Shown here in pieces: positions 29,401 to 38,453 of a stretch of DNA of 64,000 nucleotides; within the stretch, counting starts at the first letter, position 1; every line of letters starts with the position of its first letter. Source of the DNA: Owenia fusiformis (taxonomy: Eukaryota); assembly GCA_903813345.2 (NCBI GenBank), contig CAIIXF020000001.1, positions 23,002,001-23,066,000 of the forward strand. The letters are read 5' to 3'. Both the position numbers and the translations under genes were made by a program. A model generated the notes under the pieces. It was not told where the DNA came from. It saw only the letters and a list, made by a program, of their open reading frames with translations, and ran no database searches.

Positions 29401-32400
29401 CAAAAACATATCTCAATGTTCTTGTTTTTGCTTTGACTAATATAGACACGGATGCGATGCAGACATTATCAACCACTATGTTCTACGATAACTACCACTT
29501 CGTCTACGTTGTCAATACACAAACTACAGTAAGTTTCTAACTTCACTGTTTTTATATCACCACCACGTGTGAACATGTGTGAACATTTTGCCAAAATGAG
29601 ACAATACTTCTCTACCACTTCTAAGTTGCTCCTTTTATGACGTAATGTTCAAAATGAAGATTAATTTGATGAAACATGTTTTGTTAAGTAGCATTTGCAC
29701 TTGGAGGGTTGCTGTTTTACTATATGTAATATATTTTAAAGGTGGACGCTGCTGTCAGTGACCAGGCTCTTGCCATAGCCACCCCTCTACCCAGTGGTGA
29801 GGCAACGTCCTTTGAGTTGGAAGGAAACATGGGACTTGTTAATTGGACATCGCATCACATATGTGGAGGTATGTGCATTGTTATATGTGATATCTGTGCC
29901 TTTTACCTTTCACCCAAAATAACCTCTCTATCTGATCAAAGCTTGTATTCGCGAATGCAACTTTCTGCTGTCGACTACTGGATTAAACTACAGTTTTATG
30001 ACCAACTCGTTTAAATGTGAATTGAATAGTATACAAATAGTGACTGCCATTGAGGGAAATAGTGCAAAATATTTTTCCCGAGGGAATATCCTGTCCTGGG
30101 AAGATAAAACATACTAATGCCTGGTCACATGACCTAACTGGTGATTAGTACATTTCATCTTCCCTGATAGCAGGATTTAGGACTTTCTAGGGAATAAGTT
30201 CATCTATTTCATATCATGTGGCCATGAATAAGCGAATGAGCATCTAGAATACATATGGGGTATATAATAATGGCAGGTACTATTCATATTTAAATGAGTT
30301 AAGTGTATTTGATTGAACAATTTGCTTATGGTAATCCCAATCAAGTTGGAAAGTGCAATAAAATTTGAATTATAAGCCCTGTCACTGTGATGAGTAATTA
30401 TTTATGATAGACAAAAACGATTGTGATGGGAACGCTTGTCAGAACGGTGGAACGTGCCGGGATCTATGGATGCACTATTCGTGTGACTGCCCACCTAATA
30501 CTAACCAACCGCATTGTGACGCCAGCCCACCAGATGGTAAGTGACCGTATATGCTCAAGTTTATGCTGAAAAACGTATCATTATTTTGCTAATGTTTTGA
30601 CCCATTTTGATACAATGTTGCTTTAATCACAATCAGAGACAATTTAAGATTTATGAAGCTAAAAACAAGTTCAATCTGAATTTTTATGAACTAATATTAT
30701 CATGAAATAATCCTTTCTTAGGATGTCAAATTGTGATTGATTTGATCTACCTGGTTGACGAGTCATCGAGTGTTCCATGGGGGCCAAACAACGCTGTAAA
30801 CCCAGCACCAGTTACCGAAAACTTTGAATTTATCAAACAGTTCATTAACACTCTAAATGCCGAACTACCTATAACAAGTGGAAACACACAAGTTGCACTT
30901 ACCAGATTCTCGTAAGCTTGACCGGAAGGTCTTTTTATATATTTTCTCATTCCTTTAATTGAAAAATGGTCAGTAAAGCAAGATATAAGAATAGGAAATA
31001 CTTGCAGTAACTATCAACAGAGGATTTGAAGTCGTAAAAAATATATGAAAGTCTTTATGTTTCAGAACTGTTGGAAGGGCATTAAGTAAATTGAACGCAT
31101 TTACCACCAACCAAGCAGTTGAGGATTATGTCAGTTCATTAAAACTTAGTGGGGGAGGAACCAACACGTTTGATGGTTATGTTAAGGTGCGTGATATGCC
31201 GTATATTGATGCGTAGAACCAGAGAACAACTCGACATCCATAGTTGACACACTATCAAGTAACCAAAACGATCGTAACCAAAACGATTTTTAAAATCAAA
31301 ATACAAGATCAATATTGCATTTAAGTCTTTTTTGTTCCTACCTCTCTAATTACGTATATTTTATTTAGGTCCAAAGTGACGTCATGGTTGATGCAGCTGG
31401 CTACCGGAAATCAACTGGCGTTGACTGCGTTCTAATTATGGTAACTGACGGTGCGTCTAAAGTACCAGGGCACGTTGACGAGGCTCAAAAGATCAGAATA
31501 GCAGGATGTCTCATCATTACTATTGGCGTTTTCCTACAAACTGATGCTGAGGTACACTCCACTCCACGTGCCCATCGTGGAGTCAAATATAACTAGTACT
31601 GTAGTCTCTGAGATCCTTTACAACTAGACAACTCATGTCTGGACAAAGAAAATAGATGTACCTTTTACCAAAGTTGAAGTTTATATTCTGTGAAACTTTG
31701 CCAAATACCAATTTATCTTTATTTATCAATGCAACCACCTTATTATTAGCTTAATGAATCAATTACCTCTAGCTATTAATAGTATATTGTATATAGTAAT
31801 AGTGTATGGCATATTCAATATTGGTATATTCAGTATACGATACATTCAATATAGGGGTTATGCACTGGGAGGTTTTAGATACAGGGAATATCCAGAGGGA
31901 TATTTTTTGTGTCAAGACCGACTGTGCATAACTGTTGTATAAGCATGCAACCGCCCCGGGAATTCCCGACATAACTATTTCAGCCAGAGTTCTCCCTTAG
32001 TATCCACGTACTCCTTCAGTAGTTGAACTACAAACGAGTTTTCTTTTGGTGTGAATGTTTTCTATGTTTAGTAAGAATTCACCCACATTATTTGTTTTAA
32101 TACTTTTTCACTCCGTTCGTCTGCCAATCTTTTGTTTGGTTCAGTGTTGAAGTTATGACGGGAACTCCCGGGAAATATGGCGGGATATATAGCCATCGTA
32201 TGTCCCGGAGAATGATTTATATCCTGAATCCTCGTTGGAGCGGGACATTTGAAATATATTCACCTTGATATGGAATATATTCCCGGTAAATATTACCCTA
32301 AAACATCATCAGGTATGGAATACTCAATGTTATTTGGCATGTTCAATTATAGAGAACTGAAATCAAGATGCAAGCGTCAGATCCTTCCACCGATTTCTAT

Positions 32401-34980
32401 GACGTGGCATATTGGGATGGACTGCCTGCTATTGCTCTAGAGATTCTTAAACGATTTTGTGGAGGTATGTAAAATTTATTACCATTATATTGCTCATGGG
32501 GAGCATTCTACACGTTCCAATCCAATCCGTTCCATCCAATCCTTACCATCCGAAAACAAATCCAATGTTATGATATGAAATTTGATGCTCATAGTAGGAA
32601 TCGAACCAGGAAACTTTCAATCTTTCCCATCTTACATCAATATCTCTAATACGTTATCACTTTGTGTTTCAAGATGGCTTTTGAGCATTCCAAAGTTTCT
32701 TATGCATACATTTTCTTCTCATATCTTTACATCTGCTTCATGTGTTTCCTACTTGAAGAGTACATTTATTTCCAGATCCTGATCCCTGCGACCCCTCACC
32801 CTGCCTTAATTCAGGAGTCTGTACTGCAAAGTCTGGCGCTGCCTTCTGCAGTTGCCAAACTGGCTTTGTTGGACAGCATTGTGAAATAGGTATGTATTCC
32901 AAATTCAGTACCAAACGATTCATATTGCACAAAAAATGGGACAACGTCTTCGTATTAACATATTTTAAACTCTTAAAAACATGTTTATTCATAACATTTA
33001 CAGTGGTTGATTTATAAGATCAATAGTGTTAAATATTACATACAAGACGATACACGTTATCACCACTGTTATAGCAAATTATGGTGACTCTATGGAATCG
33101 CCCATTTGTTCCTCTGTTTGTCCGTTCGTCTGTCCGTATTTGTCTACCCGGCCGACTCTGGTCCGTCAACTATATGACATTATCATTCCTTCGGGTTGAT
33201 GATTCGCAGTGATAATTTTTCTTTAATTTCACACAAGTAGCCCAAGTACATGTATATCACTATATTTGCAGCGGGCTCTGTATCCGCCAATGTCGTGGTT
33301 ATGCTTGATGGATCTAGCAGTGTAAGTGGTGCAGATTTTGTACTACAGACGCAGTATGTCAGTGAACTAATTGAGAGAATGGACACTCTCTCCGACGTCT
33401 CCCTTGGTATGATGATGTATGATAACGCAGTTAACGTAAGTGACGTCTTTGAACAGACATACATAATAAAGATAGTCTATATCTGAATACTTGATCAATA
33501 ATCTTTATCTATCAACAGATGAGATATTGGCGCCCATGTTTCAAAAAGATGCATTTCACACTAAAAGACATATAGCGATCAGGCAGCTGATCCATTCCCT
33601 TCCAGTTATTTTCGTGTTGAAATTATTGACAGAGTGCGCAAGTTATGATGTATCTATTACTAGGTGATAGCGACGGTTGGGCAATACACAACCAAACTGG
33701 AGAACCAAGCTGTCGTTGGCACTGTCGTACAAAAGGCAGCACAGGGTGGAAAATTGGCAGAGGCTCTTAATTACATACCAGCTAACAACATATTCCCTTC
33801 TAATGGAAAGCAAAACTTGCTCATATTATTAACATCTGATACATCTGTGAGCACAGCTGATTTCACAGCTATAACCACAGCTGCTACGGCTGTGATGGAC
33901 TCTGGGGTATCTATTATGACAATAGCAGTTGGGCCACAATCTCCTTCTGGTACGTAAAGACATGTTATAAATTTGTTCTGTTGGAGGATACGCTCTCTTA
34001 TATTATATGATATTATGTACGAATTTATGAATGAACAATAAACAGTATGATATGTTATGTCATAATGTTTGACAAATGAAATAGACCACAAAATGCAACT
34101 ACTGCAGTAAAACCTAATGCCACTGGGATCAGCCAAAAAATGTTTCGATTGGTAGCCATTCATATTTCGATGTATTGATATGGTAGTCTATGGTCGATTA
34201 AAAATGGGATCAAAAATGCGTTCACATTGAGAGGTGTTCAGATTACAAAGGTGTTCAGATATATAGATTTTGCTGTAGTTTGTTTAATCATATTAGAATC
34301 GTAATTAAGACTTCACACTATATGTTGATCTGCTGAATTTGACAATAACCAGTATCCACGGCTCATATACTAATCCATAAATGATATAATCTCGGTCTTA
34401 ATCGTAACTAATTATATTGTAAAGTCATTTGGATTATTCCATTTCAATTTAAGGTCAAAATTTCTTGAACCTAATCACAACCAACCCAGCAAAACAACTG
34501 TTTGAGAAAACCTCCTGGAGCGAAATACCGGACGTGTACTCGGCAGCTTCACATGTTCTGATTGAGGGTAAGTTCAAAAAGATTGTAGTGTTAATCTCAC
34601 ATTTTTGATTCTTAATGTTCCTTGAGGTTTAACAATTTTCCAAGATACTGTAAAACCTATTTTCTAAATGAGATCATTATTTTGCCAAAGTATATTTCCT
34701 CTGATTTCTGAGTCCTCTGGCCTATTCCATAGACAGTTAAGAGAATAGAGATCAAGTTTAAAATGTCTACAGCCATTTATCTCTTGTCCCATTATTGGTA
34801 TTTAATATGTATCCATTAAACATGGCTGCTGCCTTGACAACAAGTCATCATGGTTATTGTTTTAAGTGATTAAGTGAAATCCCAAATTGTGTTATAGCTG
34901 AGACCACGTGTCCTGCCACAACTACGTGTACTGTAGGCCAGACCTGTACACCGGGAATCAACTACTACAGATGTCTGTAA
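2043..34980 (+). CDS. Large secreted multidomain extracellular-matrix/adhesive protein: signal peptide-MAM-5xTSP1-10x(VWA-EGF), ~57 coding exons, ~2,800 aa
   Basis: ATG at 2043 gives [26 protein letters not shown] (signal-peptide-like). The GT-AG junctions I translated joined in frame: MAM exons 2372-4876; TSP1 exons 5033-10172; alternating VWA (e.g. [33 protein letters not shown]) and EGF (e.g. [27 protein letters not shown]) exons 10531-34980. Stop TAA at 34978-34980. Confidence 0.9.
2934..3957. mobile_element. Tc1/mariner-like MITE with long (~230 bp) imperfect TIRs
   Basis: 2934-3165 is the imperfect reverse complement of ~3745-3957; termini CAGGGT...CACCCTG followed by TA on the right (left TA not preserved). 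Confidence 0.7.
4090..4196. repeat. Short palindromic element/hairpin
   Basis: gtcttacctcatgaatgtgtaccc..ctgtgtacttcacctt pairs with aaggtgaagtagacagggtacatagtcttgaggcatgac. Confidence 0.6.
5448..5498 (+). repeat. (CA)n microsatellite preceded by poly-C
   Basis: Direct reading; ends ~30 nt before a splice acceptor. Confidence 0.95.
7135..9652. mobile_element. Solo-LTR-like retrotransposon remnant (Gypsy-type), 2,518 bp, intronic
   Basis: Begins TG (7135), ends CA (9652), flanked by 4-bp direct repeat ATAT (7131-7134, 9653-9656); higher GC than the host intron; internal tandem repeats; no gag/pol ORF. Confidence 0.7.
7641..8070 (+). repeat. ~205-bp near-perfect tandem duplication inside the LTR-like element
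   Basis: cacacgctcggagtatct recurs at ~7642, 7848 and 8051 with near-identical sequence between. Confidence 0.9.
12131..12760. mobile_element. Foldback-type non-autonomous DNA transposon with 8-bp TSD
   Basis: TSD GTCTGGAC at 12123-12130 and 12761-12768; five copies of 16-mer CAACTCGTACCCAAGA at the left end and three inverted copies at the right end. Confidence 0.85.
14389..14629. mobile_element. Spy-like non-autonomous element, copy 1 (internally deleted, 241 bp)
   Basis: TIR GGAGTGGTATCGATATGGTGAA / TTCACCATATCGATACCTATCC; flanked by AAA on the left and TTT on the right. Confidence 0.75.
16419..16628. mobile_element. Small palindromic MITE-like element
   Basis: gctagcatttgcgaattcaactg...ggctggcgacttgacc is inverted in ggttaagtcgtcagcc...cagttgaattcgtgaatgctagc. 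Confidence 0.6.
17711..18128. mobile_element. PIF/Harbinger-like MITE
   Basis: ~50-bp TIR GGAGAGGCATCAAAAGTTCAATTTCTGATAG / CTATCAGACATTGATCTTTTGATGACTCCCC; flanks CAA and TAA. Confidence 0.65.
20064..20467. mobile_element. TTAA-flanked MITE (Kolobok-like) with ~150-bp TIRs
   Basis: TTAA-AGGTACAGCTGGAAAATAGCATT...AATGCTATTTTCCAGCTGAACC-TTAA; long inverted arms. Confidence 0.75.
24673..24870 (+). repeat. ~99-bp near-perfect intronic tandem duplication
   Basis: ttttgcaaatcataatacatggtcc...aaatcaagtac occurs twice head to tail. Confidence 0.95.
28608..29392 (+). repeat. Minisatellite, ~12 copies of a 62-76 bp unit spanning an exon end and its splice donor
   Basis: Unit tcatggattctgtcgagtccaacggaaaag|gtataaaattcactttaaaaattttgaatctt; first copy overlaps coding exon 28566-28638. 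Confidence 0.92.
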
Positions 34981-35990
34981 TTTGAGGTAAGTAGAGGTAC
35001 ACCCTCCCACCTCACACATACATGAACTTTGCGATGGAAGTCGATGTCTTAAACCCTGGTTATATTTTGCGACTTTAACACATTCACCATGTTATTCCTG
35101 ACCTTATACAATCGAAAAATATAGGAATTAAAACATAAACAGAGTTTACCATCTCGTAAAACTGGGAACTTAGTTTTGCCAGAATTATTAGGGGGAGTGA
35201 AGCTATACAAAAAGATGATGTCTTTAGTAAACGGTGTAACTCTATTCATCAATAATGGCTTGTCTGTAGATTTTCATCTTCCAAAGCCAGTATCCAAATT
35301 AATTCCAAAATAATTTTTATTTTTTAGGGCAACTGAACAAAACTGAAAAATTGATGACGACCGACCGATAACCATATAAGCCTACACAGTCACTTTTCAT
35401 ATGTAGACATTTTACCATTAAGAGAAAAAATGTGTAATTGATGAAGGTATGAAAAAGACATTAAAGATGTCAGCTGGACACTACACATACATGAATGAAA
35501 ATCCCAAATTATAAGAACAATTTGTGATTCCTTTTTGGAAGACCTACCTAGTATTTACCTATAAAACCTTTAAAGAAACCCTTGTTATTCTATACCATAG
35601 TACCCAACAGTTGGTAATTTGATTGTAAGCAGAAACGGAATCAGGGTTATTTGGAAAATAAGTCCTTCATGTCATTTTGGGGTTCTGGGATTTATCAGTG
35701 AAACGATGACGTCTGAGGACAGAAAACCCATCAATGATGGAAATCAGAAAATCATTGGACATTTAGCAAAATGTTGCCTAGCGTGTTTTGGTCAACTCTT
35801 ACCTTCATCGTACAGTGGTTGACCAGGTGAACGAATTTTTATTTATTTTTATCCTACGGAATGGATTAAGCTAGAAACAGGAAATATGGGAGAGTGCAAT
35901 TACTTGTCAATGTCTTTGTAGCTATGAATATATAGTCTATCGTGACTGATGTTTTTTCCTTTCTTATAAATAAATCTTGAGCAAATCACA
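34981..35990 (+). other. 3' UTR with an intron (34987-35327) and polyA signal
   Basis: Donor GAG|GTAAGT 6 nt after the stop, acceptor tttttttag at 35327, AATAAA at ~35969. Confidence 0.6.
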
Positions 35991-36122
35991 CTAGACTCTT
36001 ATGTTATCACTTGATTATAATTAATCACAAATTCCTGATTTGTTACATGTATGTCACCACCAAACGTGTTGATGTATTCTTATAGTCTCTAACTCTTTTG
36101 TATTGTTTAGACTGCCTTCAAA

Positions 36123-36850
36123 GAATGGGTATCGAAATGGCGAACTTTTTGAACACACGTTTCTCTTAAACCAGTCATCAAAGATTTCTGAAAATCTTAC
36201 AAATTGTCAATTTATTGGCCATCTTTTGAATGGTAACAATATAATTTGAAATATATATACATACTTTCATCTATATTGTTTTAAAAAACACATCAAACAC
36301 TTGTTTTGTTCTTGGTATCATGTTTCCAGAGTGAAATGAAACATCTTTCCGAACCTCATTGGAACAAAACGACATAAACACATGTTTAGGTCTCTCAATA
36401 TTGTAATTGTACAAACGAAATTTTGGTTGATTTTAAAAAAGTATCTTGTTAATGAAATAAAAGTTTTTTCTTGATTTTTATCTATTTTGGGGGGATTTTG
36501 TTTTAATTTTTTGAATACTTTTTTAAAATCAACCAAAAATTCCTTTGTATAACTTTAATATTGAGAGGTCTAAAAACATGTTGTATATGCTATTTTGTTC
36601 CAACAAGGTTCGGAAAAACACTTTATTTCATTCTCAAGAATTGGTAGAAAGGAGCGGAAACAATTGCACTAAAAAAATTTAAAAATTTAACAAAAACAGT
36701 TATATAAAATATTTCTAAATAATTTTCGCATTAAATTGTTGTCAATCAGTCAACATTACAGTAAATACCATGTTTTTTACAGAATGTTTTCAATGATTGG
36801 TTTAAGAGGAAAACATTGTTGAATTCAGTTCTCCATATTGATACCAATCC
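36123..36850. mobile_element. Spy-like non-autonomous element, copy 2 (728 bp)
   Basis: Same TIR family (GAATGGGTATCGAAATGGCGAAC / CTCCATATTGATACCAATCC), AAA|...|TTT flanks, internally homologous to 55205-56012. Confidence 0.8.
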
Positions 36851-37504
36851 TTTCAAAAAGTTCTAAGAAGTTCAAATTTCGATTTGAGATTCGACCTTCC
36901 TGAGGTCAAAAATATATTTTTCATTTACAAGATCTCGGAAGTTCAAATCTGACTTTAGATTTAAACTCACAATATCGTGAGCAACTAGGTGGTGGCATTT
37001 TGTCATGTTAATCCCTTGTTTACAAAATGAACCACTTTTATGCAGAAGTTAGATCTTTTTGTGCCTAAAATTAGCATCACGTCAGGATTAAGGATCTAGA
37101 GGTCCTCGAAATTCTGGCATTATTTTCTGAAATACTCGAGAGAGATACAGAAAGTTACAAGGAATTCAAGATAAAATTTGTAGCAGTAAAATATGTATAA
37201 TGCACATGTAAAAGCAATTTGCATTGTCATATTTGCATTATTGACAATGTTTCGCACATACTTATTTGTTAAACTGGGGCTTATCCTGGAGTTACTGACA
37301 AGGGTGTTGGCACTGGTTGGGGTAGGGAAGACCACTCGCAGGTTTCCCTCATCCATTGCTGACTGGAGCAGCTATCCCATGACTCGCTTGTTCGGTTATC
37401 TGGTTGCCAACTCTTCCAAGGGACTAGATAGAGAAAATGAAAAAGATAATGTCTAATACGAGAATCTTTAAGAAAAAATATTTTTTGAATTTCTCAACCA
37501 AAAT

Positions 37505-37885
37505 ATACTTTTTTATTATTTACTTTTTATTTCAGAAAAGAAACATGTTAAGCAGTCACAAATTACAATACAGTTACATGGAATACTTACATTTGCATTA
37601 CAGTTTTGGTTTCAATTTTGTTTAAGAATTATATACCTTTTCCACAGTATCATTTGTTTAATTTTACTTCCATGATTCTCCACTTATCACCCCTGCCAAC
37701 TCGTTTATCCATAATGAAATATTCCTTCACATTACTTATAAAATCTTTAAGTGTTGGCTTTAGCATAGAATATTTGCACAAATAAACATATCTTTTAAAA
37801 ATACATAGCATATTATTTAGGATGATTGTTTTATCATTTATACTCTCAGGTCCTATCAATACATTTTGTTTAGTACATAGCATTG
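37505..37885 (-). mobile_element. 5'-truncated LINE (L1/Tx1-like ORF2 C-terminus plus 3' tail)
   Basis: Minus ORF ends ILNNMLCIFKRYVYLCKYSMLKPTLKDFISNVKEY...KWRIME, which resembles LINE ORF2 C-termini, followed by an AATAAA/A-rich tail. Confidence 0.6.
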
Positions 37886-38453
37886 TGATACTCATAGTAT
37901 CTTTCTGTTTCACCTGAAACATCTGGAAAGAAACGAGATGTCATGGTTATCATGTTTACCCGTATCCTCGCCCGTATCAATCATGAAAGTGTCGAAAAAC
38001 CTACTTGGGAGAAAAGATGAGTTCCATTGGTTTGTGTGTACTATATTTTCAACTAGTATTCTCTTCATCAAAAAAGATTCTCTTAAACTTCCATAACAAA
38101 CAACGTAGTCCAATCTATTCCTCTGAGTGTTACGCCAGTAGTAAGCCATCTATTGACAGTCCTAAAAAAGATCGGTTATTCCTTTACGCCGAACTGATAG
38201 ACACTGACATACTATTTTCGTGACCAGTGTTTGGCATGAATGTTTTTAAAAATGTGATGAGTGATGACATTTTATCATGTGTAGCTGACTGAGTCACACC
38301 AGCCTCGTGGAAAACAGAGCACTATCTCGACCATTGAGATTTTTATAACTTTTGTTTTGAAACAAACCGTCAAAAACGTTAAAAATGGAGGAAATTTTGT
38401 TACGTCCAACATTGGTCGATTAAGTTTGAGTGTCAACATGGCCATTTTGTTAA

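Larger units (their letters stand above)
10531..34980 (+). other. Ten alternating VWA and EGF-like modules
   Basis: VWA starts at ~10531, 13647, 15819, 18550, 20989, 23397, 26026, 27783, 30722, 33272; EGF exons at ~11533, 15537, 18295, 20587, 22915, 25183, 27542, 30411, 32775, 34898. Confidence 0.88.

Noticed and set aside
31561-31597. Hairpin followed by CTAG|T, like a Helitron 3' end
   Set aside because: Lies 10 nt after a coding exon donor, with no identifiable 5' end or second copy
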